This document shows positions 38,538 through 48,900 of a stretch of DNA of 64,000 nt, in pieces. The position numbers and the translations under genes were made by a program. This DNA is from Planctomycetota bacterium (GTDB lineage: Bacteria > Planctomycetota > SZUA-567 > H5-PLA8). Location: NCBI GenBank assembly GCA_038227875.1, contig JBBRPR010000019.1:32001-96000 (forward strand). Reading direction: 5' to 3'. Each line of letters begins with the position of its first letter. The stretch's first letter is position 1. The notes beneath the pieces are model-generated. The model saw nothing but the letters and a program-made list of their open reading frames with translations, had not been told where the DNA came from and ran no database searches.

Positions 38538-40679
38538 ATGGAACACGTCCAGGCGATTCGCGAGCGCCGCGAGAAGACCGTGCTTCGCGCGCTGACGACG
38601 CTGGAACTCTATGCCGCCGGCGACGCCGAGACGAGTTCGTCCCTGCTGCAACTTTCCGCCAAATCCGTAGCCGACCCGCGCGTCGCCGCGCGTTGGATTG
38701 AACTCCTCGCGACCGAAACCGATCAGGGCAAGCGCCAAACGCTGCTGCGCGAACTGGCCAAGCTCGACTTCCGCCAGATCCCCGACAGCGACGCGTGCGT
38801 GACCCAATTGTTGAGCTGCTTGAATCAGCCCGACGCGCGCGAATGGGCGCTCTATTGCCTCACGCGCATCGCGCCGCAGAATCCGAAGATCATACCTCCA
38901 CTAGTCGACGCTTATCGAGCGCAGCGCGACGACCGCGTGGCGCGACGGATCCTGGCGATGCTGCTGAGTATCGGCGAGCTCACCGACGCGTTGATCGCGT
39001 TCTTCATTTCGGTACTCGATGCGGTCAACGCTGAAACCAAAACGGTCCTCGTCAAACGGCTGCTCGAACGCGATGCGCTCCAACCGGCGCAGTTGGCAAA
39101 GCTGCTAATCGTCTCGGAACCGCCCGCCATCAAGGCGCTGGTCCTCGACCATGCCATTGACCGCTCGATCCAACTGAATCGTGCGGCCACCGACCTTCTC
39201 CGCAATGATCCTGACGCCGCCTGCCGTTACGCCGCTGCATGGGCGCTGACGGAAACCGGCGCGCCCACTCCCGAGGCGCTCGACGCGCTGCTCCACGCGG
39301 CCAGCGCCGATTCGGACGACCGCGTGCGTTTATTTACGATCTGCGCCTTCGAACACACGCTCGCGAAAACGCCGGCCGTCATTCGCATGCTGCTGGACGC
39401 GCTGAAGACGGAAACGTCGGTGCCCCGCGCGTCGCTGATCGTGAAATTACTCGCCCCGCATCTGCAACGCGCACCGGAGATCGTGCCGGCGCTGACCACG
39501 CTCCTCGAAGCCAATCTACAGACGGAGATCGCACTCGAGATCTACTCGCAACTTGGCACGCTCGCGCCGTGGAACGCCGCCGTGCGGGAGTTTCTGATCG
39601 CGGCGTGCACGCGCGAAAAAGAAGACCGCGTGAAGGCGACGATCTTGAAACCACTTTCGCAGCTCAACCTCTGCGATCCGAAACTTGTTGCGCTCTATGG
39701 CGAAGCGTTGAAACTGCCACACCCCGGCATCCAGACGTGGGGCCTGCAAGGGATCCTGCTGCTGCCGGCCACTCCGGATAACGTGCCGCTGATCGCGCAA
39801 AGCGTCGAGGCGCTGCTGATGCCGGACATTTCTCTTCACTGGCGACTCGCGCTGGCGCAGAAACTCGCCGCGCTGCCGGAAAAGTCCGCGGCCCTGCTCG
39901 AACGCTTGAAATTCATCGCCGCGAATGCGCGCGAGTCGGAACTCAAACGGGTCTGCGAAGACGTTTTCAACACCGCCGCGTCAGACGCGCTGGACACTGC
40001 TGATGTCCAGATCGATTGGGAGAGCTGGATTCATCGCGCGGAAGTCGAACACCGCGGCGACGGCATTTTTCCTGCGCTCTACGAACACTACGAGTCCGCG
40101 CCCGCGCAGGCGCGCCGCGTGCTCAAGGCGCTGCTCAATCCGCAGTGCTCCGACAATTTGTACGGACTCTACGGATACGATGTGAACGAAGGCGTGATCC
40201 TTGCTTATCTCGAAAGCAAGGACGCCGTCGACGACGACGTTTCGCGATTTTGCGTCGGCCGGACTCTCAACCAGAACGCCGGCACGCCCAATCTGTATCT
40301 GCAAACGCTGCTGGCCAATCCCACCTTCCCAGGATTAAAGGACGCGGTCTGGCAGATTCTGGAGAAGCGCCAGGATGCTTCGCCGGCGCTGCTTCGCACG
40401 TTGTTGATCACCGCCCATTCATCCCAAGACGCCGCCGTCGCAGCATTCTCGGCACGAATGAATACGCGATCCGGTGAGGCGCTGAAACCGTACGCGCGGC
40501 TGCTGCTCGAAAATCTGGGCTGGCCGCCCGCGCGCGCTCTGATTAAGTCGCTCGCGACACGCAAAGATCTTCCTGCCGCATTGCGGGATCAACTCGCGGC
40601 CGCAATGAAAAAACTGGGCATCGCCAACGCGCCGGACAATCCGCCGCAGCCCGCCGGACCGGGGTTTGCCGATGAGTGA
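38538..40679 (+). CDS. HEAT/ARM-like alpha-solenoid protein A
   Basis: Leu/Ala-rich helical repeats (LLRNDPDAACRYAAAWAL, DSDDRVRLFTI); no signal peptide. Confidence 0.75.
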   Translation: MEHVQAIRERREKTVLRALTTLELYAAGDAETSSSLLQLSAKSVADPRVAARWIELLATETDQGKRQTLLRELAKLDFRQIPDSDACVTQLLSCLNQPDAREWALYCLTRIAPQNPKIIPPLVDAYRAQRDDRVARRILAMLLSIGELTDALIAFFISVLDAVNAETKTVLVKRLLERDALQPAQLAKLLIVSEPPAIKALVLDHAIDRSIQLNRAATDLLRNDPDAACRYAAAWALTETGAPTPEALDALLHAASADSDDRVRLFTICAFEHTLAKTPAVIRMLLDALKTETSVPRASLIVKLLAPHLQRAPEIVPALTTLLEANLQTEIALEIYSQLGTLAPWNAAVREFLIAACTREKEDRVKATILKPLSQLNLCDPKLVALYGEALKLPHPGIQTWGLQGILLLPATPDNVPLIAQSVEALLMPDISLHWRLALAQKLAALPEKSAALLERLKFIAANARESELKRVCEDVFNTAASDALDTADVQIDWESWIHRAEVEHRGDGIFPALYEHYESAPAQARRVLKALLNPQCSDNLYGLYGYDVNEGVILAYLESKDAVDDDVSRFCVGRTLNQNAGTPNLYLQTLLANPTFPGLKDAVWQILEKRQDASPALLRTLLITAHSSQDAAVAAFSARMNTRSGEALKPYARLLLENLGWPPARALIKSLATRKDLPAALRDQLAAAMKKLGIANAPDNPPQPAGPGFADE

Positions 40680-43600
40680 CGCCGACAAAGCCGACGACGC
40701 GCTGAAAGCGGTGCTCGCCGTCGACCGCCCCACGCCGCAGCGACTGGAACTGCTCGCCAGCTTGCGCAACGAACTGCGCGGCGAAAAGGCCGTGCTCACG
40801 CTGCTGGCCGCCGCGCAGGAAGAGAAAACGCTCGATCTGCGCCGCGCGTTTTTGCAACACGCCGCGGCGTGCGAGGTCACCCGACTTACCGATCGCGAGA
40901 TGTACTTGAAAGGCATGCTCCACTTCGCCGCATGCGACGACGAGCGCGAACTGCGCCGCATCGCGTTGGGGCAGCTCGGCGGCTTTCTCGGCCACAGCCC
41001 ACTTGTGGAAAATGTCGTGCTAGCCACGCTGGTTTACGACTTGAGCCCCAAAAACCAGCGCATCGCACTCGACATACTCCTGTCGGGAAAATCGCTGCGA
41101 CCGGAAAATCTCCCGACGCTGCTGGCCTTCCTGCCACGCAGCCCCGCGGCATTTCGCGGGCCGCTGATCGACCTGCTCGTGAAATTCGACGCCGAAGCCA
41201 CGCAAACCGGGCTCGTTACCTTTCTGGATTCAGCGGAAGCTCCCGACGTCCGCGGCCGCGCACTCTCGGAGCTCGCGTTGCTGCCGCGCCTGCAACCGGC
41301 AACGCTCCGCGCGCTCGAAACGTTGCTGCTCAACGAACCCAGTGCCGCTCTGCAGGAGCAGGTCGCGGCAATGCTCCGCGACAACACGCAGATCAACCCG
41401 GAGCTCTTCCAAATCCTCTTCGCGCTATTTTTGAAATACCCTGACCGCACCGGGCTGCTCGAAGCCATGCGCCACCGCCTGGCTTCGTTTCCCACGTTAC
41501 TGCCGGCGATTTGCGAAGCATTCCGCACGATTCGTTCCGGCCAGATGCGGGTACGGATGCTGCGACTGCTTCAGAAAACGCCGTCGATCCCACTTTTCAT
41601 CGCCGCGCTAAGCGACGCCAATCCGCAGGTCCGGCGCATGGCCATCGAATGCTGCGAGCACCATCATGCCGAGCAAAGCGAAACGATCGAAGCTGCCTCG
41701 CTCGCCGCGGCGAATGTGGAAACCATCGTCTCGCTGCGCGAAGCACTCGCAGGTCTGTTCGCATCACGCCAACGCCGCGCGGCAGAGATCAACCGCGGCC
41801 TCGTCGCGTGGCTCGACCGTGAAACCGAACCGCGCGTCGAACGTGTACTCGCGCAAACGCTCCCGGCGATTCCGCTCTCCAGCGAAAACGGACGCGCGAT
41901 TCTCCGTGTCTACGCCAAGCTGCTCCTCGATCCGGCCACGACGCAGGAAGAGCGCGCGGAGATTGTGTCGCGGCTGCGCGATGCGGCATTTGTGGATGCG
42001 CCGGAACTTGCAGGCTGCCTGCGCCAGTTGCTGGAACGCAGCGGCTCGATTGAAGAAGTCGAAACGCTATACGCCCGTCTGCGGGAACTGGAACCCGACG
42101 CCGGCGCGCACGCGGACCTGCTGCTGACGCTATTTTTCCGTTTCGCCGCCGACTACCCGCGTTCGCCGCTGGACGGTTGGATCAAAGACTTTGAAACGCT
42201 CGCCGCCTCGAACGAGCGCGTCCGCGCACAGATTCCCACGATCGTGCGCATGACCGGAGCGACGTGGATCTCGTCCAGCGCGGAGACTTCGGCGCAGAAG
42301 TCGATCCTCCTTCCCTCGCTGATGGCACAAATCCGCCGCGGCAACTGGATCGAAGCCGGACGCCTGCTGCGCGAAGCGTGGGAAAATCGCACGATCCGCA
42401 AGAGCGACATGCTGGTCTTTTTCAAGAAACTGTTGCGCCTGCCCCGCGAAGAAGGGCTGTTGCAGTCGTGCCTGGTGATGATGGCCAAGGGCGGGCTGAC
42501 CACGCCGGAGATTTTCGATCTCTGCTTCGCTTACATTCAGGAAAACCCGCGCAACGGCAGTTACACCTCGCTGCTCGGCGAATTTCTGCAGGGCAAAAAT
42601 CAGGATTCCACGCCGATGCGTTCGATCGACGAAGTCCGCGTCGATCTGGAACCGACCCGCCGCCAGGATCCGGCGTACCGCGAACGGCTCTTCGCCGCGT
42701 TTTCTCAGCGCGAACTCGACCGGTACTGGCGCGGATTTCCTGAAGAACTCGACTTCGTGCCGCCGCCGGACAACTGGAATAATTGGGAGTACCAACTCTG
42801 GCCCGACAAGGGCACCGACTGGGTGATCGCGCGGATGTTCTTCGCGCTCAAACCGTACGATCGCATCGCGGCGCTGCTCAAGTCGCATATCAGTCCTACG
42901 GCGCCGGGCGCGCGTTCGATTCAATATCTGTTGCTGCTCCATCTCTGGCAGGAACTGGCCGACAATCTTCCAGCTCCCGTGCTCGACGAAATTCTGCGCG
43001 GCATCGGCGAACTGCTCAGAAAAACAAACGGCCGCCCCGGCTTCGAATTGCTCCACGACCGCGCCGTACTCGTCTTTCAGAAATATTGGACGCGGCAGAT
43101 CAATTCGCAGACCGGTGGCCGCGCCGTCGCGCCCGATCTGGCCGATCTCGCCGCTGAAGTCTACGTCGAACTCTGCGGCATCAGCGAAAAGTTCGACGCC
43201 AACGCGAAAACAAAATTCCCCGCGCTGCTGCCGGAGGTTCTGCAAGGCATGAATCCCGCGCGCGTCGAAGCGCTCTGGACCTTTGACGCCGCCGCGTGGC
43301 AGCGCCTCTATCGTGAAAATTTCGAAGGCGCCGAAGCTGAAGCAGCCGCGCGTGCGCTTTATGAAAAGGCGCAGCTTGCGGAAAGCGACGTGCACTTCGA
43401 GGACGCGTTTGCGCTCTACAGCGGTCTGCTCGCTACGCACGCGGCCACGCGGTTCGTCAAGAAGCTGCGCAGCAACCTTGAATACAGCCGCGACGAATGC
43501 GATCCCAATCGCACCTTCGATCCAGCGGAAAATCAGGGGGCGACAGTCCAATACGAATTCCTGCAAACGCTGCTGCAGCAAGGCAAGCACGACCAGGCGC

Positions 43601-43707
43601 TACGTACGTTGGAGCGCCTGCTGAAGCGCTGGTGGCGCACGCCGCTGATCCAAGAAAAGCGCGCCGAGTTGATCGCCAAACGAGCAGAACTGAAAGTCCC
43701 ACTGTAA
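40672..43707 (+). CDS. HEAT-like alpha-solenoid protein B with two C-terminal TPR-like motifs
   Basis: DDERELRRIAL, ALSDANPQVRRMAI, EAPDVRGRAL; start overlaps the stop of A (ATGAGTGA). Confidence 0.75.
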   Translation: MSDADKADDALKAVLAVDRPTPQRLELLASLRNELRGEKAVLTLLAAAQEEKTLDLRRAFLQHAAACEVTRLTDREMYLKGMLHFAACDDERELRRIALGQLGGFLGHSPLVENVVLATLVYDLSPKNQRIALDILLSGKSLRPENLPTLLAFLPRSPAAFRGPLIDLLVKFDAEATQTGLVTFLDSAEAPDVRGRALSELALLPRLQPATLRALETLLLNEPSAALQEQVAAMLRDNTQINPELFQILFALFLKYPDRTGLLEAMRHRLASFPTLLPAICEAFRTIRSGQMRVRMLRLLQKTPSIPLFIAALSDANPQVRRMAIECCEHHHAEQSETIEAASLAAANVETIVSLREALAGLFASRQRRAAEINRGLVAWLDRETEPRVERVLAQTLPAIPLSSENGRAILRVYAKLLLDPATTQEERAEIVSRLRDAAFVDAPELAGCLRQLLERSGSIEEVETLYARLRELEPDAGAHADLLLTLFFRFAADYPRSPLDGWIKDFETLAASNERVRAQIPTIVRMTGATWISSSAETSAQKSILLPSLMAQIRRGNWIEAGRLLREAWENRTIRKSDMLVFFKKLLRLPREEGLLQSCLVMMAKGGLTTPEIFDLCFAYIQENPRNGSYTSLLGEFLQGKNQDSTPMRSIDEVRVDLEPTRRQDPAYRERLFAAFSQRELDRYWRGFPEELDFVPPPDNWNNWEYQLWPDKGTDWVIARMFFALKPYDRIAALLKSHISPTAPGARSIQYLLLLHLWQELADNLPAPVLDEILRGIGELLRKTNGRPGFELLHDRAVLVFQKYWTRQINSQTGGRAVAPDLADLAAEVYVELCGISEKFDANAKTKFPALLPEVLQGMNPARVEALWTFDAAAWQRLYRENFEGAEAEAAARALYEKAQLAESDVHFEDAFALYSGLLATHAATRFVKKLRSNLEYSRDECDPNRTFDPAENQGATVQYEFLQTLLQQGKHDQALRTLERLLKRWWRTPLIQEKRAELIAKRAELKVPL

Positions 43708-43726
43708 TCCCAACGTGTCTGGTTTT

Positions 43727-43754
43727 AACCATGGGACAAATTTGTCCCAGGGTT
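43727..43754. repeat. Near-perfect palindrome (AATT-centred family)
   Basis: AACCATGGGACAAATTTGTCCCAGGGTT. Confidence 0.8.
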
Positions 43755-43918
43755 AGATCGATAGAATTAGTAGGGCAAGGCTGCTCCATGTGTAGCTCAA
43801 ATCGTTATTGACTCAGAGTTTATAAAATAATTTTCAGCTTATTTCTTGTTTGCCGTCTCGTCGTACTTAGACTTTCTGACTGTTGCATCTTCGAATACAC
43901 GAGTTGAGACACGACGCT

Positions 43919-45811
43919 GTGAACTATCGCCTACCTTCTCTTGTGCTGCTAGCGGTTTTTGCTTTGCCGTGCTTCGGCGCGGATGGGACGCTGGCGCATT
44001 ACACTTTTGATGAAGGCTCGGGCAGCGTCGCGCACGACAGTTCCGGCAACGGATATGATGGCAATCTGGTGAATGGGCCGGTTTGGACCACTGGCATTCG
44101 CAATGGCGCACTGCAATTCAACGGCAGCACGACTTACGTTTCCGTGCCTAACTCGCCGGATGTCAGCGTCTCCAGTTTCTCCGTGTCGGCGTGGATCTTC
44201 AGCACCGCGTCTGGCGTGGACCGCAAGTTCGTGGACAAATGGAATGACACAACCAGCCAGTTCCAATTCGATTGTCAGATTTATCACGACGACAAGACGT
44301 GGTTCGGCGTGGAACAGACCAACGGAGTCGAGCGGATCGCACGTGGCATCACCGTGATTCAGCCCGGCCGTTGGTATCACTACGCTGCGGTTGCCGACAC
44401 TGCCACGCATCAGCTCCGCATCTACATCAACGGCGTTCAAGAGCCGCTGCAATTCGATCCGGGCTGGGACGGCACGATCCACAGCTGGAACATGGAGATG
44501 GACATCGGCCGCAAGACTTCCAATTTCGATTACTGGCCGGGAAAAATCGACGACGTCCGCCTGTACTCCCGTGAGCTGAGATCACTGGAAGTCGGAGGCC
44601 TGGCTGGTGTGGTGGTTGCCGGAACGGACGGCAATGTGCTCGACGGCGAGAACAATGGTACCGGTGTGCCCAGCGGCGATGGCACTCCGGGCGGCGATTA
44701 CGTGCGGACGTTCGCGCTTTCCACGTCCAAGTTGCAGATTCAACAGACGACGCCCGCGGCAAATGCCACGATCAGCTCGCTGTTCAGTGTTACCGTGAAG
44801 TTCAACAAAGACATCGACGCAGCGACAGTAACCACGTCCACCGTACTGCTGTTGAAGCCCGGCGCTGACGGAGTTTTTGGGACCGGTGACGACGTCGTCG
44901 TTACTCCGGCAACCGTGTCGATGACCGACAGCAAAACCGCGGTACTTGATCTGTCCGGCGCACAACTGCCCAACGGAAGTTATCAGCTTCGCGTGACCGG
45001 ATCCGGAACCACGCCGGTGGCGGACGTGAACGGCAATATTCTCGATGGCGACGCGAACAATTCTGCGGGTGGCGATTTCAGCGCGCAGTTCCAAATTCAG
45101 CCCGCGTCTCCCGTGATCACTTCCGCTGCGTCCGCCACACCGAATCCGGCGACGACGGGCCAGGCGGTGGCCTTCGCAGTCGGCGCGCAAATCACGTCGT
45201 CTGAAACCTTGACCTGCGCCTGGGATTTTGGCGATGGCAGTCAGGGGTCCGGCAACAGTCCGACGCACACTTACACAAATGCCGGATCGTTCACGGCAGT
45301 AGCCACCGTCTTCAGCAGTGCCAGTTCGGTGAGCAGCAGCGTGGTGGTCGTGGTCGAGAAGGCACCGGTCAATTTCACGATCGACAAGATCACCGGTTCC
45401 GTCAATTTCACGCGTAGCGGAAAAGACACGGTGAAGTTCTCGGGCGTATTGCCCGGCGTTACGCCCGCGTTCATTCCGCTCGGCGCGATAGTTACGGTGA
45501 ATCTCAGCGGCGCGGCAGCCACGTTTACGCTCGATAAAAATGGACAGGGCAAAACTCCGGTGGGCACGCTGGTGCTCAAACCGGTGACGCCTTCCAAATC
45601 CAAAGTGAAAACGTTCGGCGGCGATTTGAATTTCACCGCGCAGTTGACGGGATCGTATGCGGCTGGCTGGGGCATGAACGCGGCGACGACCGTAACCGCG
45701 CAACCGATCACTCTTGCCGCAACGATCGTGCTAAACGGGACGACCTATCAATCGTCGGTGCAGGTCATTTACTCTGGCAAGGCCAAAGCAAGCGGCAAGT
45801 TCAAGAAGTAA
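43919..45811 (+). CDS. Secreted LamG/concanavalin-like + Ig-like + PKD domain protein
   Basis: Signal peptide; HYTFDEGSG..AHDSSGN, WYHYAAV, G.IDDVRLY; GN.LDG motifs; PKD motif WDFGDG...PTHTY. Confidence 0.82.
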   Translation: MNYRLPSLVLLAVFALPCFGADGTLAHYTFDEGSGSVAHDSSGNGYDGNLVNGPVWTTGIRNGALQFNGSTTYVSVPNSPDVSVSSFSVSAWIFSTASGVDRKFVDKWNDTTSQFQFDCQIYHDDKTWFGVEQTNGVERIARGITVIQPGRWYHYAAVADTATHQLRIYINGVQEPLQFDPGWDGTIHSWNMEMDIGRKTSNFDYWPGKIDDVRLYSRELRSLEVGGLAGVVVAGTDGNVLDGENNGTGVPSGDGTPGGDYVRTFALSTSKLQIQQTTPAANATISSLFSVTVKFNKDIDAATVTTSTVLLLKPGADGVFGTGDDVVVTPATVSMTDSKTAVLDLSGAQLPNGSYQLRVTGSGTTPVADVNGNILDGDANNSAGGDFSAQFQIQPASPVITSAASATPNPATTGQAVAFAVGAQITSSETLTCAWDFGDGSQGSGNSPTHTYTNAGSFTAVATVFSSASSVSSSVVVVVEKAPVNFTIDKITGSVNFTRSGKDTVKFSGVLPGVTPAFIPLGAIVTVNLSGAAATFTLDKNGQGKTPVGTLVLKPVTPSKSKVKTFGGDLNFTAQLTGSYAAGWGMNAATTVTAQPITLAATIVLNGTTYQSSVQVIYSGKAKASGKFKK

Positions 45812-45823
45812 AAGGGACCGGAC

Positions 45824-46546
45824 ATGGGCAGCACGACGGGGTTGAGCAAATTGGGGTGGGCACTGCTGGGGGGTATTCCCGCAGCCGCGGTGATTACGCT
45901 CGGCGCGTTCGTCCTCCACTCGAGTTCCAACGCGCCAGCAGCCACGTATGGCGTCGGCTCGCGCGGCGGCGTGGACGGCCCGCGTGTGATCAACTTTTCC
46001 CTGGCGCCAGGAAGCAACGGCGTACCGTCGGCCATTGTGGTTACGTTCGACAAAGCGGTGCAGCCCGAAACGATCAACGTCAACACCTTCAAAGTCGTGC
46101 GCGCAGGCGGAGACGGTGTCTTCGATAACGGTAACGACGTCACAATTCCCGCAGCATCCGTCACGCTGACGGCACCCGACACCGCGAGACTCGATCTGCC
46201 GGGCGCAAAATTGCCTGATGACGATTACCGCGTGACGTTGGTCGCCACGGTCGCTCCTCCCCCACCACCGCCTCCCCCGCCGAGTTCCAGTTCCGGATCG
46301 AGCTCCAGTTCAAGCTCAAGTTCGAGCAGCAGTTCAAGTGGGGCGAGTTCGAGCAGTTCCAGCGGAGCGAGCAGCAGCTCAAGCGGCGGAAGCAGTAGTT
46401 CGAGCACTACCTCAACGTCGAGTTCGTCGGGAGCGAGTTCCAGCGGTGCAAGCAGCTCAGGTGTTGGGAGTTCAAGCGGCGCAAGCAGTTCCAGCGGAGC
46501 GAGCAGCTCCAGCGGAGCAAGTTCGAGCAGCTCTAGCGGAAGTTAG
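45824..46546 (+). CDS. Membrane-anchored Ig-like domain protein with poly-Pro and Ser/Gly tail
   Basis: N-terminal hydrophobic segment; domain similar to the Ig-like unit of the upstream gene; about 85-aa Ser-rich C-terminus. Confidence 0.65.
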   Translation: MGSTTGLSKLGWALLGGIPAAAVITLGAFVLHSSSNAPAATYGVGSRGGVDGPRVINFSLAPGSNGVPSAIVVTFDKAVQPETINVNTFKVVRAGGDGVFDNGNDVTIPAASVTLTAPDTARLDLPGAKLPDDDYRVTLVATVAPPPPPPPPPSSSSGSSSSSSSSSSSSSSGASSSSSSGASSSSSGGSSSSSTTSTSSSSGASSSGASSSGVGSSSGASSSSGASSSSGASSSSSSGS

Positions 46547-46606
46547 ACTCCAACATTGAATGGCCGACCCTTTGCATTCCGCTTATCGGACTTGGAGGAG
46601 GCCTTC

Positions 46607-47074
46607 ATGCTTAAACGCATATTCGCAATTTTAATGTTTGGCATTGGTATATTTTCTTTTCGACTCGCTACGGCGTCAGACGAACCGGTTCAATACGACT
46701 GCGATTGGCGCGCAGGGACCACGGTAAGTTCCTCCGCGGCGCGATCTTCGCATACTTTGGAATCGGGATACCCCTATGAGAAGAACAGGGTCCTCGAGTC
46801 CGACATTTACGGTCGAGGTTATCCAGCGGAGAGGAACACGATTATTGAATCTAAAAGCTATGGCGGACAAGGGTATCCTTACGATCGGAATAAAATTATA
46901 GAGTCCAAGAATTACGGAGGCCAAGGATATCCGGTCGAACGCAATAAAGTGATTGAATCAAAACACTACGGCAGTGGGTACCCCTATGAGCGTAATAAGG
47001 TCATCGATTCGAAGAAATTCGGGTCCGATTTCAATCCCATGAGCCACAGCTTTATTGACTCGTCGAATTTTTAA
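46607..47074 (+). CDS. Small secreted protein with five 17-18-aa GYPxERNxxIES repeats
   Basis: SD GGAGGAGG, signal peptide, clear internal repeats; lower GC. Confidence 0.7.
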   Translation: MLKRIFAILMFGIGIFSFRLATASDEPVQYDCDWRAGTTVSSSAARSSHTLESGYPYEKNRVLESDIYGRGYPAERNTIIESKSYGGQGYPYDRNKIIESKNYGGQGYPVERNKVIESKHYGSGYPYERNKVIDSKKFGSDFNPMSHSFIDSSNF

Positions 47075-47676
47075 GGCCGTTCGGACACCGGCTTGTCCTT
47101 CGGAATTCCCGGCAGCGCGCGCTTGGTTCCGCCGTGCGCTTCGCCTTCCAGCAGAGCGTCAATGTCATCGTACGGATACACAACCGGGGCTTTGTACGCC
47201 ATCAGGCCGCCGGTGTCGCTCGTCGGGCCGTAGGTGCTGTAGACGTCGCGGCCGAGCATACGCAGGTAGGCGATGAGCTGCCCGCGGTGGTGCGACGTGT
47301 GCGTCATGCGCCGCGTCATCACCCACGCGCGCGAGCGGTTCACTTCGAAAAATGGCGTGCGCGCTTCCCACCACTCGTCCGGCTCGGTCTTCAGGCGCGC
47401 GAGGCGCTCGCCGGATCGGTCGGCGTACGTCGCGATGAATGCGAGTCGCGTTTCGCTTTCAGGCAGCGGTTTCCTGCCGAGATCGATGCCGAGCATCGTC
47501 TTGAACCACAGGTCTTCCGAGACGCATTGATGGACCATCTGCTCGAGGACACTGCGGCCACGGCGCTGCGGATCGGCCGGCCGCCAGGGCAGGTCGTCGT
47601 CGCGGAACATCGACCAAGCGCTGAGCACTTTCAGGCGCTCGGTCTCGTAGCTTTCAATCAGGAAATCGTAGCGCAT
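47071..47676 (-). CDS. DinB/YfiT-like protein
   Basis: RSVLEQMVH...E..W and HTSHHRGQL..YLRMLG..V.S.YGP. Confidence 0.85.
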   Translation of the reverse strand: MRYDFLIESYETERLKVLSAWSMFRDDDLPWRPADPQRRGRSVLEQMVHQCVSEDLWFKTMLGIDLGRKPLPESETRLAFIATYADRSGERLARLKTEPDEWWEARTPFFEVNRSRAWVMTRRMTHTSHHRGQLIAYLRMLGRDVYSTYGPTSDTGGLMAYKAPVVYPYDDIDALLEGEAHGGTKRALPGIPKDKPVSERP

Positions 47677-47699
47677 GGGATCGCTCCCGGAGCACGGCA

Positions 47700-48794
47700 C
47701 TACTTATTGAACAGGAAGTGCATCACATCGCCGTCTTGAACAATGTAGTCCTTGCCTTCCGTGCGCAGCTTGCCGACAGTGCGGCAGCCTTTTTCGCCTT
47801 TGTTGGCGATGTAGTCGTCGTAGCTGGCGACTTCCGCGCGGATGAAACCTTTTTCGAAGTCGGTGTGAATCACTCCGGCGGCGCGCGGCGCTTTCCAGCC
47901 TTTCTGGATCTGCCACGCGCGCACTTCGATTTCACCGGCGGTGAAGTACGTCGCCAGGCCCAGCAGGTCGTACCCGGCGCGGACCAGGCCGTCGACGCCG
48001 GCTTCCGTCATGCCCAGCGTTTCCATGAACGATTTGCGTTCATCGGCGCTGAGTTGCACGAGCTCGCTTTCGATCTTGCCGGAGATCATCGTCGCGCGCG
48101 CGCCGACCTTCGCGGCGTGCGCGTAGACGCCTTTACTGTAATCGTTGCCGCCGGCCGCAATGTCGTTCTCGCCGATGTTGCAGACAAAAAGCATCGGTTT
48201 GGCGGTGATCAGATGACAGTCGGCGAGGAAAACCATTTCTTCCGGCGTCAGGTTCATCGCGCGGACCGGTTTCAGTTCGTTGAGCAGCCCCATCACCTTC
48301 TGCAGGGTCGGCACAGCGGCCAGCGCGTCCTTGTCGTTCTTGCGCTTGATGCAGCGGTCGAGCTTGGTCTTGACGGTCTCTTCGTCCTTGAAGATCAATT
48401 CCAAGTCGATGACTTCGATGTCGCGGACCGGGTCGACCTTGCCATCGACATGGACGACGTCGGGGTCATCGAAGCAGCGGACGACGTGAAGCACGGCGTC
48501 GACCATTTTAATCGCGGAGAGGAAGGAGTTGCCCTTGCCCAATCCTTTCGCAGCGCCTTTGACCAGGCCGGCGATGTCGACGAGTTCGATCTTGGTCGGG
48601 ACGACGCGGTCGGTTTTGACGATCGCCTGGAGCGCCCAGAGCCGATTGTCGGGCACGGTGACCATGCCCGCGTTGGGATCGATGGTGCAGAACGGATAGT
48701 TGGCCGCCTGCGCCGCCTGCGTCATCGTCAACGCATTGAAAATGGTGCTCTTGCCCACGTTGGGCAGGCCTACGATACCGCAATTGAAACCCAT
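47700..48794 (-). CDS. ychF: Ribosome-binding ATPase YchF
   Basis: [48 protein letters not shown]. Confidence 0.97.
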   Translation of the reverse strand: MGFNCGIVGLPNVGKSTIFNALTMTQAAQAANYPFCTIDPNAGMVTVPDNRLWALQAIVKTDRVVPTKIELVDIAGLVKGAAKGLGKGNSFLSAIKMVDAVLHVVRCFDDPDVVHVDGKVDPVRDIEVIDLELIFKDEETVKTKLDRCIKRKNDKDALAAVPTLQKVMGLLNELKPVRAMNLTPEEMVFLADCHLITAKPMLFVCNIGENDIAAGGNDYSKGVYAHAAKVGARATMISGKIESELVQLSADERKSFMETLGMTEAGVDGLVRAGYDLLGLATYFTAGEIEVRAWQIQKGWKAPRAAGVIHTDFEKGFIRAEVASYDDYIANKGEKGCRTVGKLRTEGKDYIVQDGDVMHFLFNK

Positions 48795-48816
48795 GGTAAC
48801 TCCGGCTGGACAGTGC

Positions 48817-48844
48817 AACCCTGTTGCAAATTTGCAACAGGGTT
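48817..48844. repeat. 28-bp perfect palindrome (AATT-centred family)
   Basis: AACCCTGTTGCAAATTTGCAACAGGGTT. Confidence 0.9.
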
Positions 48845-48900
48845 CAAAGTGAAGTGGGGAAGTCTACACGAAGGGAGTGCGGATGCAAATGTGCCGATTG

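Noticed and set aside
46544..46606. Amber readthrough fusing the Ser-rich protein to the in-frame downstream ORF
   Set aside because: The downstream gene has its own strong SD (GGAGGAGG), ATG and signal peptide; being in frame is a one-in-three chance.
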